Assembly (NCBI GenBank): GCA_029531755.1
Contig: CM055969.1
Location: 23,623,285 to 23,687,284 of the forward strand
Source of the DNA: Holothuria leucospilota
Lineage: Eukaryota
DNA: 64,000 nt
Reading direction: 5' to 3'
Part shown: positions 1-13,354 of the stretch, piece after piece
Position numbering within the stretch: position 1 is the first letter of the stretch
Layout: each line of letters begins with the position of its first letter
The notes under the pieces: generated by a model
What the model was told of the DNA's origin: nothing
Databases searched by the model: none
What the model saw: the letters and a program-made list of their open reading frames with translations, nothing else
Position numbers and translations under genes: made by a program

Positions 1-349
1 GGCCTCCTGGAAAATCTGGATCAATTATATGAAATGGGGCAATGACATAATGCTTATTACCTGGCATCTGAATAATAATATAGAGTATGACGCCAAGCAC
101 TTTACATCTATCGTATTTTTTACTAATTTTGAACGAAAATCCAGACGAACAGCTTCCAGCAATTGGGAATGGGCGGGACGGGGAGAGTATAGGTGCAGAA
201 AAATGATAAGACCTCCCAGACAGGTATAGCAAAAGGTGTTTAGGACTAACAAGCGCGTTTTTAGAATGTACACCTAGTTTATGCTATAAAAGTTCACTGG
301 TACGTTGTGCTTATAATGTTCATAAGTGATACAACGTGGATTGTGAGGA

Positions 350-1450
350 TTGCGGGCGAAGCGCGCCGAAATTTGGGGGTATGCTTCAATGCCAAAATGA
401 AAAACCTGCACGCAGGCTCAGCCAGGGGTGGTGCTTTGATTTGCCGACATAGGGGGGAAGTTCCCTGACTGGGGGCCAGCTACTCTAAGTCCCGACAGAT
501 GCAATGGGTTGCCGAACTCAAAATATAAGGCGCCGCAAGCGCTCCAAAAATTTGGGGTTATATTGAATTTTCATTAAGGAAAGTTGAAAAAGTTTGGGCT
601 TTTATTGAAGAATCTGGACAAAACCAAGAAATTTGTTCGGGTGACTGCATGGTCGTCGTCGGGGATTACATTCTTCATCTTACCCATTAAGGATCTCCTA
701 CGAAACTGAAAGATCTTTTCTTACAAAATATGTTTGCCACGATGGCGAGGCTGAAGAAAGAATCTTCCAAAAGTTAGGAAAAAGAGGAAAGAACTTCGCA
801 ACGATGCATTTTCGTGTTTCTCTAGAGTGACGCCTACATGGAAGCACAACATTTGTGGAAACGTTGAAATCCAATGGGGCGTTACCACTAGATAGAAATA
901 TAGATGAAAGCGCGCGTAGCGCGCGAAAATTTTTTGAAGTTATAGAAAGAATCGTTAAAGAACTTACTGGCTACGGGCCTGATAAATAGACGTTTGGAAT
1001 ATTTTCTGAGTATATCTATGTCTTCACCAATATTAGTCTATATAAAATTTTGCGCCATTTTGTGGGGCTAGGAAAAATTTGGGGAGGGGGCGGGCTAAAG
1101 CGCCCTAGCTCCCATAGAACTGTGTCTGGTATATAACTACCTTAATAATATTCATGAGATTGATTGTAAATCGTGACGCATGCGCGCGAAGCGCGCCCAA
1201 ATTTTCACTAAATAAGATTTCCATAATAAAACTTGCATTCAGAATCTGCATCGAGATACTTTCAATTGCCCAACAAACCAACATGCCACTCAAAAAGCCA
1301 GTCTTTTACCTGGTAATTTGTAAACAGCTTTCAACTTCTGCTGTTGTGCTTCTCCGAAAGTTGCTATCGGAAGATATTGATAATAAGAACAACACTGAGG
1401 TTGAAGTTTGAAGCGAGCGGAGCGAAAATTTTGATAGTTTGAGAAGAATT
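350..1450. repeat. Cluster of six copies of a GC-hairpin motif GCGCGC-GWA-GCGCGC followed by SSAAAATTTT
   Basis: Occurrences near 354, 526 (degenerate), 907, 1176, 1410 (degenerate) and again at 52147. Each is a 6-bp GC stem with a GAA/GTA loop followed by an A/T run. Confidence 0.55.
1150..1310. repeat. Dispersed repeat, copy A (second copy at 52130-52460)
   Basis: Shared segments: GTGACGCATGCGCGCGAAGCGCGCCCAAATTTTCACTAAATAAG and ATCTGCATCGAGATACTTTCAATTGCCCAACAAACCAACATGCCACTCAAAAAGCCAGTC. About 90% identical to copy B. Confidence 0.7.
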
Positions 1451-3599
1451 TGCGAAAAAGGGACAGCTGTAACTTGATTTTACGTGAGGAAAATAACGTT
1501 TGGCATTATTCTCACTTGGTTTAGTTGGAAAATATATGCAAAGTTGACATAGGCTCAGTCGGAAAAATGTGCTAGACTGAGATATCAGAAATTCCAACTG
1601 GCATTTCAGATTTTCCGACTATCGTCGCTCTGACGAACTTAAGGGGGGGGGGTGAGACACCCCCCGGTCGCGACGGCCCTGCCTATGATTCATTGTTTGA
1701 AATTTGCGTGCACTAGGGTAATGACGCGTTTCAGTGTGGACCGACGTTCGGATGCAAAAAAAAAATCGCGGCGGTGTGTTCCCGTCTAGTTGAAACGTTT
1801 GTGCACATTAGTCCCCAGCCTGTTCACCTAATATGTGGGTCAACGTCTAAGATAATGCATCCCCCTACCCGACAAACCCGCTGCATCATGAAGAAATATT
1901 CTGGCGGCAAGTCTTGACCCCTGGCTATTATGAACCACAAGGACAAACTGCGATTTTTAGGTCCGTATAGTGAGTATTCAAAGCTATTTTCTGTCAAATA
2001 GAGGCAAATATTACTGAAAGTCTGTAAAAGTGTTTTCAGCGTGTTCAGCCATAACCCACTCACCTGTTTTTTGCAAATTGTAGCCCTCCGTCTCGTCGTC
2101 AACCACATTAATATATTTTTGAAAGGGAGATGATTTAAGTTAGAAGCTCTACCCAATTACCTCTGCAGAAAGATATATTTTGAATACCCTTCTAGAAAAT
2201 TATGGATAATTTTTCTTCTCTTTTTTCTTTATTTGTGTCTTCTTTTCCCCTTTCATTTTTCCGCAGCAACAAGGGGAGGGGCCCCCAGCCGCCCCTTAAT
2301 CAGCGCCTAGGTGTGGCGGTGAGATCTCTATCAATGTTTGCTCAATCTTTTTAGCAGTGCAAGTACAAGAATTTACTGCCTCAAAGAAAATATCTGTGTG
2401 CCTATTGGATGGGGTGGAAAGATGGGTGCATGCGAGTAAGAAGGGGACAGACCATAATCTAACCCCTGCCAACTTTTGAGAAGCTGTTGACGCTCTTGTC
2501 ATAGTAACTCAGACAACCCTTCGAATCTGATCACATACTTACAATTCCAGGAGGAGAACATGGATACGCACTTGGTCAGATTGGGCAATGAGGTAATGCA
2601 CTAACAGACATATTATTTCAAGCATTTATTGTTAAATTTATTTCGAGTAAATATACAATTTTACATGTCAAGACCCTGCTTGAGCAATGCATAAATATGT
2701 ACATAATTTACAAATCTTAGAAAATACAGTTCAATTGGTTTCTTCACCAATTAGCTGTAAAAGTCGGGCAATTATTTAAACTCAAAAATGTTTGAAAGAT
2801 TTTTTTTATTTCTTTAAAAAGAATAACGTTTGTCTCAGATCACATCTACAGTACAACACCCGAATGCATTTTATCTTTTTGAAGAACACTCGGAATAATT
2901 TACAGCAAGTCAGCATACACGGAGGGAAGACAAAGAGTTAACGCTTCTTTTGGAAGGTTTTTGCAGGTAGGAAATGAAATTGTATACCTGGTTCTCTGAG
3001 GTAGGTAAAACAAAATGACTTTCTTTGCATCAATCTCCTTACTTGCAACTTACTTGTCCACATCTTAAGTTACAAAGCAATGAATACAAAGTTCCCATGG
3101 AATACCTACCTCCACCATGCTGATGAAGAGAGACCATTATAACAACTTACCTACCATTATAATAACTCTTAACAAAACTGCAGACTGGATTTTTAAAGAA
3201 GTGGTATGGCTAACCATTCTTCCAGTATGCTCCTAGAGATTTCCAATTTCCAGGCTTAAAAACTGTGTTTGGTAGGATTACTGAAGTACTAACAAAATTT
3301 TCATGATTTTTGGTAAACACATTTAAAGACAGACCCAGCAAATGTTATGTTGACATATAACACATTTCTCATTTTCACATACACTTACTGGAAATAAAAG
3401 ATGGAGTACTTCAACGTATTATGACAAAAGAAGTGAAAGAACATGAAAACATTGTTTTTGTCTTAATAGAAAACAACAAAACACACAAAAGGCATTTTAT
3501 GCATCAAAAGTGGATGCCAAATGAAGAAAAACTAAGATCATAGGCACTGAAGTAAGGAATCATCCTGACTTGAAACTTTGGCGATTTTTGCATGAAATG

Positions 3600-3860
3600 A
3601 TCCAGTGCTGTGGCCGAGTGGATAAAGGCAGTGTCATTTGAAGGGATGAAGCTAAGCAACTGGGAGGTTCAGGGTTCGAATCCCTGACCATGTCAAAGGT
3701 GGGTTTTACAACTATGAGCATTCTATGGTTTTCCCATCTGAACTTTCCTTTCAAAAGCCATCCACCTGAAATTGTAATTTATATATATATAAGCCATATG
3801 AGCTTCTTCCACATTTGTGGTTGCTTAGCATCGTAAAACAACTGCCCTGAATTCACATTT
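3600..3860 (+). mobile_element. tRNA-derived SINE (family A), copy 1
   Basis: tRNA-like head (A box GTGGCCGAGTGG, B box GGTTCGAATCC) followed by a conserved body ending ...TTGCTTAGCATCGTAAAACAACTGCCCT. It is about 85% identical to copies at 24081, 16165(-), 57481 and 58408(-). Confidence 0.8.
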
Positions 3861-6764
3861 ATTATGGCTAAAAGGAAATTCTGGAGTGCACAATGCTTTG
3901 GTACAAATGCATTTTCAATACAGGAATTGTTTCCTAAACTGAGTAATGCTTTAAGGACATTGCTGCCTATCAGTTTTATTCTGCTTCCTTTGAAAGTGAT
4001 ACTCTCGATGCTCTAGAAAACTTTCATGTCTTAAAGATAGGCAGGTGAGTTACTATATGTGCAATTTCAAAACTTAATTTACAAATGAATACTTTTCAGG
4101 AGGGTCACTAGAATTCTATGAGGAATAAAGGCAGGGTTCCTAAAAAGCGAGGGGGATGGAGGGGGTTCAAATCCTGCAATCTGGTGCATTTACTGTCTCA
4201 AAATGACAAACCCAAGCATTACAACCCATTTACAATATTCTACTAAAACATGAGGGAGTTGGACAAGGGGGTTCAGCTGAATCCATTACCCCTTCCCCCT
4301 AACCATCCAGGTTTCATTAAAAACTCTGGATTTACTATGTTTGCTTTTTCCTAGAATCAACTGCATATATAGAAATTAGGCCCAAAGTATGCCTATACTG
4401 GTGAGTCAATTTATGATCACTGCGACAATTTGTACATCTGAAGTGTTCTCCTTTCATGGAGACAAAGTAACCTTATGACATCATTTAAAAATGTAAAGAA
4501 AAAAAAAAGAAGAAAGAAACTTACAGTGTTTGACTTTAAACACACAACACTTACAACATAGTGTAGTAAGCTGCAACTAATAAATCAAGGTTAAAACATT
4601 CACAACAATCACACATAGAAGGAAGTGGAGCTATGGGCTCCCAGGGGCTGCTTCACTTATGACTGCTAGAAATAGTTCCATAAATACAAGTGCCATCTCA
4701 TTCTTAGAGTCCCCACAACTAAATAAATTTTACTTTTAAATCTGTTCTGCAGCTTCACAGATTAGGTAACTAGTTTCTTAACTTTTTCAACCCACCTCTC
4801 CCCTAGTCAATTAATGGCAAAGCCAGAAAATTATTCATACAGGCATACTACCATTCCACTGTGTGAGTGAGCGTGGGGAGGGGGGGGGGGATTTAAATAT
4901 GGAAGGGGCGTACTGTTTTATTCTTAAATATTTCCAGTGGATAGGGAGAGAGTGACTTGGGGTGTAAGACACTTGAGGAGGGATGGCAGTTACCCCCAAG
5001 CCCCCTCCCCCTCTAGCTATGCCACTCTTTCTACATTATTTCTCAACACCCATTCCCTTAACCAGAATTAAGAAAATGTTAGTACACCTTAGAATGGAAG
5101 ACAATAGTACCTGAAAACTGAAAACAATTACAACTACTGACTGACCTTTACCACACCTTCCTTTATTGCTCCAACCACCCTCCGCCTTATAAATTTCTTA
5201 CAATGACCCCACAGGGGCTATATGAAACACTGTGATAACAACTGGTTTTAATGATGTCAGCCATCCATTTCTTACATGTAGGTGGGTCACAGCTTGTTGA
5301 AGCACCACACACATACTTAAAATCAAGTATAAAATCAGAAAAACCTAAATTATTAGTGCTTAATGAGCAATATTTTAAAGATATGCTGTACCTGTGAAAC
5401 TCAAGTCCACCAGTGGTAATGATGAAATCCACCTTACACAAATACATGCAAATTCTACCTAATTTGGGCCTCCACTTGATGAGAAATTTACATGATTTTT
5501 AGGCATAACACCATGAGACAATATCAAAAAGAGCCAGTCTCTCCTGTGGCTAGGTATCTTTCTACGAAAACTTCGTAACTGAGAAATCTAACACATCATG
5601 CTAAAATTTTTCACTATCAGATATAACCAAGGTCTTCTCTGTGAGATGTTTAATACAACAGTACTATTTTTAACAGAAGCATAAAGCAGTTTGGTGAACT
5701 ATTATTTAACTCCTGCATCAAAATATTAGCAGCTGATAGCTTCAATTACCACATTTTCTACAAAGGTAAATATGAAACCAGCAAGTGTGATGTGATGCTT
5801 TCTCATTCATGAAAATTGTTTTAGCTTGGATTGATGAGCATTGCTAGTCTGCCAAAAATTTACATGCAAAACTTAAAAACTTCTAGACTGATGGTGAATT
5901 TACAGTATAATGCTTAATATTTCTTGAAAAAAACATTTTTTGAGAAATCTGACGGAAAAACAAAATCCTCTACTTTTGGTTGAAATGTAAAAACTTCAGC
6001 TGCTACAATCATGAAAATCAAACACACCAACAACAGTTCCAGCAGATAAAGTTCGGACTATTACACACATCAAACATTATATTTGGTCTAAGCTGTTCTT
6101 TTCTCTAAAGTCTGATTTAGTCTACTCTTTGGCTTGGCAAACCTTGTAAGATTTTCCTCATGTGATGAGTGGACTACTTAGTGAGAATTGTGCAGTGACC
6201 TTTATAAGTGTGGGAATTGGGGATGAAACAGGTGGCAAGAAAACCACTTAAAGGGGGCATGACATGACCAAAATAAGTTTGGCATAATGCAAGACTGAAT
6301 ACAATGATGTATAAATATCAATTCACACACAGTAACAACTGGTGCCATTTGGCACAAATAGAATTGAAGAATAATGTCAAAGAATCCAGTTTCGAAAAAC
6401 ACCGCAACAAGTCACCTGACTTTTTTGACGGAACCAGCAGCACAAACACTGCGCTATATAAGGAGGTGTATCTAGATGTGGAACTAATGTAACACAGAGG
6501 TAAAGGTACTTAAGAGACTACATAAAAAGGCTTACATCACAATACCCGCGTAGCATATACAGAGCACAAAGCACGGACAGCGCATACGCATGACCGTGTT
6601 TTAGCTTCCTTACATAAGCCTCAGTCTGAACAAAAAGAATGTGGTCGGTGTGATGTACAGAGCAGCTATGCACATGTATGGACAGTACATAACAGGCGCA
6701 CCTATACTCTGTGTACTGTTGAGTGACGGTGTTAACGCAAATGCTAAGCAGTCACTTACTGACC

Positions 6765-6790
6765 GTGCCGCCAATGACGTCACGTCTTGA
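6765..6790. promoter_or_regulatory. CCAAT box overlapping a perfect CRE/ATF site (CCAATGACGTCACG)
   Basis: GCCGCCAATGACGTCACGTC at 6768-6787, about 130 bp beyond the poly(A) signal of the SLC25A39/40-like gene. It could be the promoter of an unannotated neighbouring transcript. Confidence 0.3.
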
Positions 6791-6913
6791 GACACGCTCA
6801 CATACGTTTTTTCGCTTTCAGATTTCAGATGGGCTGAGCTTGGCCTGTATTTGGGAATTCACATGGTCATATTCCAGTATATCTGGGTGAAGTGTAGTCC
6901 GAAAAACATTCAT

Positions 6914-6919
6914 TTTATT
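6914..6919 (-). terminator. Polyadenylation signal AATAAA for the SLC25A39/40-like transcript
   Basis: AATAAA on the minus strand, about 260 nt downstream of the stop codon at 7177. No other canonical signal is closer. Confidence 0.5.
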
Positions 6920-7176
6920 TCATTCTGTACCCAAAGATTATTTACTGAGCAACTTACTTTGGCCGTGTCATGCCCACTTTAAGTTAAGCTTTGACATTAC
7001 CTGTAGTTACAATACTCCCACAATTGCAGAAATCATCTTCTGTCATAATTATTTCAACCAATACCTCCTTTAGAAAATGATACTGCAAAGAAAACTTCAG
7101 TGTCCATTCATCACAGACTCAAGAGCAAATTGAACAGAAAACTCCTTCAGACTGTAATGAGTACAGTAATTCCTCT

Positions 7177-7280
7177 TCACGTAGATCTCTCCATATTTCT
7201 AAAAAACTTCTTTCCGTACTCATATGTACTAATCATAATTGCACAAGCAGGGGCAGCTTTAGCAATTCTTGGCAAGAGAC
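7177..7280 (-). CDS. SLC25A39: SLC25A39/40-like terminal exon ([34 protein letters not shown]) with TGA stop at 7177-7179
   Basis: Strong match to human [32 protein letters not shown]. Acceptor ctgacag. The stop is followed by a 3' UTR and an AATAAA signal. Confidence 0.85.
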
Positions 7281-8012
7281 CTGTCAGAAAGAAAAGCAAA
7301 ACAAGTCAAGATAATCCAACTCTTCACTTTCAGACTCAGCTTTACAAAAAAGGGCCAAAATATCCAGAGTCACAACAAAATCTGCCCCACAAGATCCGCC
7401 ACAAGTCTTAAATCTGGCACGCAAGATCTGCCAACCAAGATCTGCCACCTAAGATCTAAGCATGACATCCCCAGACTGGTGATAAAATTTTTGTATGTAA
7501 TTTGAACCTTGAAACCACTCTTGTTTCACTAAGATCTGCCTTAATTCTCAAACTGCTTTGAATTTTTTTCTATAAAACTCTGAATGTACCCTTCTGCCAT
7601 TTGCATTATGGGTACATATTCACAAGCAGATGTACTATTTGTGAATACACCACAGCTGAAGTTGTGTAAAATCTGCTGAGACAGCTACTGCCAGTCATTA
7701 GCATGTAGCAATAGCTTTTAATGATATGAAATTGAAACATCTAATAATTCAAAATGTGTCAATGAGTTGGCAGTTGAATGATCTGAAGGTAGACAAGACT
7801 TCTTCTGAAAGGAGCTTGGCAACTTTTAGTCATTCCACTGTACACTAGATGAAACATCTTGAATTATGTGATTAACATCATGAAAGTGTCTCTACTAACT
7901 TATCCAAATGTCTGTTGGTTCTGTTGTGAAAAGGATCAGCAATTTAGCTAGATAATGGAACTGATTTTAACCATTTAATGGAAATCATTTGAAAAAGATG
8001 TGCAGAATCCCT

Positions 8013-8398
8013 TAAGGTATACAAAACAAAGGCGTCAAGGTATGACCTTCTATACCCTCTTTGCACTGAGATTGTTTCTATGACATCCAACATCAAAACT
8101 GAAACCATAACAACATAAGCTTCTCTTGTCAGTGAAAGTGATCTTCATTTTAGTGAATACAATCATGAATTTCTCGAGTAGGTTCAAAAGGAGGACAACA
8201 GACAAGTTGGGAAATGCTCACACAATGCATCATGGGATGAGTCATGAAAGGTAAAGTGAACCACTAAACTTCATGGCAGTTGTCGAATATGTACTTGTGT
8301 CGGAAGTATACATTTGTGGTGAGTACTACAAGTGCTCACCACATTCTCAGTGCAAAGAGGGTATAGAAGGTCATACCATGACACCTTCGTTTTGTATA
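8013..8398. repeat. Foldback element or MITE with ~55-bp terminal inverted repeats
   Basis: 8013-8068 (AAGGTATACAAAACAAAGGCGTCAAGGTATGACCTTCTATACCCTCTTTGCACTGAG) is the reverse complement of 8342-8398 with about 90% identity. Confidence 0.75.
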
Positions 8399-8732
8399 CC
8401 TACAATGTAGGTGTAGAAGTAATACACATCCGCCCATGCAGGCATGTGTATCAAATGCATGCACACACAGGTTGTCATGGTACAGCTGACCTTATGACCC
8501 CACCAAGTTACCGAACTCGCTTACTGAACATCACACAATTACTACCAATTTCCCACACCACTTCCATTGACCACCAGCCCCACTAACATTCACCACACAC
8601 CAATGCCTCTCCAGCCACCCACCCCAACTCTTCCTCACCACCACCCTCTTGCCTGCCCACCCACTAACATCCCCCCCCCCAACCGTAATCAGCTAGTATA
8701 ACTACACAAATGACAGTGAGTAATTTCCATAC

Positions 8733-8813
8733 CTGCATAAAGTCCACTGATTCCTCTATTGGCATGGAGATGTAAAATAATCTCTCTAGTACTTTGTGGT
8801 TGCCCCTTAACAC
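8733..8813 (-). CDS. SLC25A39: SLC25A39/40-like exon (GVKGQPQSTREIILHLHANRGISGLYA-)
   Basis: Aligns with human VNPLHVDSTWLLLRRIRAESGTKGLFAG. The acceptor is fixed by the stop codon of ORF track 8814..9020 (..ctttag|gtg). Donor GTATGG. Confidence 0.75.
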
Positions 8814-9763
8814 CTAAAGATAGGAACAAAAAATGAAGTCAAAATCAAAGTTGTAATTTGAGGTGTCTCCAGCAAAACAATTCTTCTGTAAGTATACTAC
8901 CATTCCTATGATGAGTTCTAATATGCACCAAATGCTCAATAATAAATAAAGCCAGGGTTTGAAAAGTTTTTCCATATTTTGCAACTCTGAAGTAAAAGAA
9001 ACTATTTTACAATTTCTCACACATAAGAACAGGAAAACACTTCAAAACGAAAATTAGAAATGAAGAGGAAGAACAAAAAAGGCTTACAGTCTTTCTCTTT
9101 GCTGGAAATGACCAACATTCCTTTGATATTGACTTACACTATGACTTACTGTACCAAAAGTGTTCCACCAAGGTTTGTCCTTACTGACCTTTACATAAAC
9201 TGCCTTAGCCAGCCCTGTAAAATGCCATCAAATATGTCTTGAATGCACCCCAAAATTTTACAAATGCAATAAGATGACTGTAGCAACGTGCTAAATGCTC
9301 CTTAAAATGTGACTTGTAAGGAACATGTCTACAGTTCACACCACCAAACTGTACTGCAGTACACAGTGCATGCAAAAGTGCACTCAAACAGTCCATATTC
9401 ATATGAAAGGTACATAGAGCACATTTTTTTATTACCTGTAGTTTCTCATATGAGAGTTCTGTAATTATATAGTTTAATGATAACCCCATTCCTCATGTGG
9501 TATGTGCCATATGACATCATACCTCTTTTCTTGGGTCCAAACAACACTGAACCAGTAAAAAATACTGGGGGCTAATTTTTTTTGTTTAGGGCCCAGAGGC
9601 TACCATTTGGTGGTGGGTACATCTCTGAACTAAGCAGATATGTACAATTTGCTGGTTGGTTAGAAATTACACTTTTTCAACCTTTGCTGCAACTCTTCAC
9701 ATTTTGGTGTGACATTATAGTACAGCTTCCAAAACCAACCATTCATGCAGTGTTGCCTCTTAC

Positions 9764-9845
9764 CTATCATAAGTGCTTTATCTCCTAATTCTATTTGTCG
9801 CTGTGTTTTGACAACATCGAATGGTTGTGTCATGATGGATGCAAT
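9764..9845 (-). CDS. SLC25A39: SLC25A39/40-like exon with carrier signature 3 (IASIMTQPFDVVKTQRQIELGDKALMI-)
   Basis: PFDVVKTQRQ is identical to human SLC25A39 LPFDVVKTQRQVALGAMEAV. Acceptor tttatag, donor GTAAGA. No ORF-track entry is available, so coordinates are +-1. Confidence 0.85.
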
Positions 9846-10654
9846 CTATAAATAAACAAAACAAGCATCTTCACATTATATTTGACTTCATAAACCAGAC
9901 AAGTATTGTTATTTTTAAATTCACAATCATACCGCAACAATTACTACATCACTGGACATATATAAGACATCATAAGGGCAATGCAATTTCATACCAGCTC
10001 TAAGGGCACATTTATGTATCTCAAAGGGTACAAAGGCCGAACAGAATATTCTGGGTTATCTGGTATATGTTTGATTGTATTTTGTTAGGAAGAGTACAAA
10101 GGCCATTCAGGCTTAGAAGAGTCTGTCATTTTGTAGGGCACCACAGCCATTGCCAAAAATAGTAAGGCCATGGCCTCTTGTGTCCTTTGTTTATTTCCAA
10201 CCCTGCAATGGGCAGGGTCCACAAAGTCAAAGGTTCACTAGACTGAAGATCATAAATCTATCACTAATCCTAATCCAAACTCAAACTGTAATCCTGCTCT
10301 AGGTTACTGCTTATCCTAATCCTTAACCTAACTATGTGCTTACCCAGAATCCTAACCCTAGCTTTAACATACATTTCTCATCAAGCAGGTCTTCAGTCAA
10401 GTAAACCGTTGATCTAGTGAACCTTTGGTCTAGTGGAATTCCCCATTTGTAATTATCCATTGGCTATTCTTTCTTTTGGCAAGGGCTGAAAAAATCAAGA
10501 CGTAGATAAAATCTTTCATAAAAGTTACTATTCTGTTTAAACAAAAGGAAAGAAAGCTAAACCACCACATATTGAAAAGTGGTGACCATCTGTGGCCAAA
10601 ACAGATAGTGCTGTTGTTTACCTTTCTGCTGGCCCCGAAACCTCCCAGACATAC

Positions 10655-12055
10655 AGAAAAGGTAAAATCACTTTGTAAAGGCAGGAAAGGAATCTATGTT
10701 ACTTTATGAGCTATGCAATATTTATTCCTTCACAGTGATTATGGAAATAAATGATATTTTGATAAGTTATACATGGCATGGGCAGAAATTCATGACGTGC
10801 TCTTGGCTAGGCCTAAATTAGTGGTAATCAGCTGGTGTACTTGCATGTGACAATTTACCAGATGTGAAATCACCCTAGGAAATTCTAATAGCGGCCCTAG
10901 CCTTTGTGCTGTATGCTGAGGAGAAGTCATATGACCCAAGGTTAACTCAAAACCACCTGAAAATTGCCAACATAAGTTTTGAGGGACCTGACAAGTGAAT
11001 GAAAACGTATTCTAAGTTCTGGCTTCTTCAATAATTATACAGTATAAACTCAACAGCAAGAGGCCCTTGGCTCTCACACTTAAAACTACTGCCATTTATC
11101 ACTCAATCAGCAGTCCCAAAACAGTAGCTATTATACATCCCATGATACCACTGGAAAAGGTTGTTGACTTTTCTTTCCTCAGGTCTGTCTGTTTTAATAC
11201 ATGAATATTCATAAGCAATCCTCAACAGGTGTGTCTAATGTCGTACACAGGTGTTCATCAGAATATGCACGATACAACCCAAACTAAGCAGATGGAACTA
11301 CCCAAGAAGTGAGCCTAACAAAAGGTGAACTAAATGTTATGACTATAAATAGATTGGTGAAATCACTTTGTAAACACAGAACAGGAATCTATGTAAAATA
11401 ATAGGCTATGCTATATTCATTCTTTTACAACAGTTAGGTATAAAAATAATATTTTGATGCATTATTTGTGTGACTTGGGCAGAAATCCATGACATAGGGT
11501 CTTGGATAAGCCTAAATTAGCAGTAATTAGGTGGTATGCTTGAATATCACAATTTTACAATATTTGAAAGTACCAGTGGGCATTCTTATAGCAGCCATAG
11601 CCTTTATGCTGAGGGGAAGTCATATGACCCATGACTAAATCATGGCCGAAACTGGCCCATAAAAATTTTGATTGACCTGACATTTCAATAAAGGCAATTA
11701 CTTAAGTTATGGCTTCTTCAATTATTATACAGTATACAACACAACAGCAAGAGGCTCTTGGCTCAACACACTTAAAACCACTGCAATTTACCTTGGCAGG
11801 TAACTAGAAATCCCTCTCAAACAGTAGTTAGTATACATCTCATGATATCATTTGTAAAGTTTGTTGACCTTTGTTTCTTAAGTTTTTCTATGTTTTTATA
11901 CATGGATATTCATAACCAATCTTCAACAGGTGTTTCTATTGACAAGTGCAGGTGTTCATTAGAATGTGCAGTATACAATGCAAACTAAGCAGATGGGAAC
12001 CACCCAAGGAGTGAGCCTAACAAAAGATGACCTAAATGTAACTATAAATAGATTT
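10655..12055. repeat. Tandem duplication of a ~700-bp unit (2 copies, ~80% identical) in an intron of the SLC25A39/40-like gene
   Basis: 10655-11355 and 11355-12055 align along their whole length (..AATCACTTTGTAAA..GGCAGAAAT.CATGAC.. through ..AGCCTAACAAAAG.TGA.CTAAATGT...TATAAATAGAT). Confidence 0.8.
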
Positions 12056-13244
12056 AGGCCAAGTAGGGAAACAAAAGGAAACACTAAGAATAAAAGATGC
12101 ATGGCCAGGTGTTTACTATGAATGAGGTCAACTTCAGGAAGTATCAAAGTTTGATAACCTTTTTGATCAAGGGAAGACATATCATCTGCATTATCAGGTA
12201 TGCATGAAATATCAGCTATGCATGAAATCCACTGAAGATGAACAGTACTGAAATTACTATGGAAGGAACTTCATGCATATTTATTAGTATCAAAAGTATC
12301 CTAATCACATAGGTGACAGGTGTTCCCAGGTTTAAATAACAAAACAAATGATCTGAAGTCAAACAATATGAGAACAAGAAAAGAAGAAAAGGCTTTAGAA
12401 ATCTCTAACAATCGAGTGGATAAAGTTTATTTACACAGGAAAGTGAGAAACACTTTAATATAGGAGAAATCTACAAGAAAATCAGGCAAAAAGAAGCACA
12501 TCATTGGCAGGGCAACTTTGACCTCTGTGCAGTGCAAAACCACTAGAAAAGCCAGGCCTTTAAATTTTAATGAAAACCAGGTTATCTTATGACCATACAT
12601 ACATACAATGAACATACATATCTTAATGTAGAGTTCCCTTTGATCCTACAGTAAGGCTTCAAAGCGGTGGGTAGTGGAGCATGGGGGACTGCCCTAGGTA
12701 CAGTCCTACAGCCCACTGGCTCTTACAGCCTATTGGTCCTTCAGTAAACAAAGAAAATGACAACCTATTAGTCTTGCAGTCCATAACTCCCATAATACAC
12801 AGTAAAAATAACAACCCACTGGTCCTTTAGCCCATTGCCTCACTGTCCATCAGTCCTACATCGGTACAACATTTCAATGGTACTGCAGACCATTGGTGCT
12901 ACAGTATATCCTTATATACAAGAAAATCCTTTTGACTATAGACCCAAAACAACTACAGGGTCAATTAACTTTAGGACCAAGGTGTTGTTGTACAAATGTG
13001 CTGTAAGACTACTGGGCTGTAACCACAGCATAAATCAACGTAAACAAAATATAAGCACCTCATGGAACACCCATTGGATGAAAAAAGCCCACCTGAATGG
13101 AACAGCTCTGTCATCTAGACAACACAAGCACTGAAAAGGAGCCCACATATATGTAAATCCACTCCCATACCACTATGACTGCGATGGGATTACAGTTGTA
13201 AAATGGTTTATATTCTACTTCTTTCAATAAGGAAGTGAACTTAC

Positions 13245-13354
13245 TGTGCCAGAAGCAGCCCCACAAACAAATGCTGCAGAAAATGTAGGCACGTCATTCT
13301 CCAGGTATTCGCATAGTTTGGAATGGAAGTAGTTGTAGAAAAACCAGTGAATTG
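13245..13354 (-). CDS. SLC25A39: SLC25A39/40-like exon (AIHWFFYNYFHSKLCEYLENDVPTFSAAFVCGAASGT)
   Basis: Matches human ALYWFNYELVKSWLNGFRPKDQTSVGMSFVAGGISGT. Boundaries checked against ORF track 13224..13418 (acceptor ttccag, donor GTAAGT). Confidence 0.85.

Noticed and set aside
9582-9760. Minus-strand stretch encoding ..GFGSCTIMSHQNVK.., superficially like the carrier C-terminus [13 protein letters not shown]
   Set aside because: It lacks the LPRIIKAAP helix, and the genuine terminal exon ([27 protein letters not shown]) is at 7177-7280.
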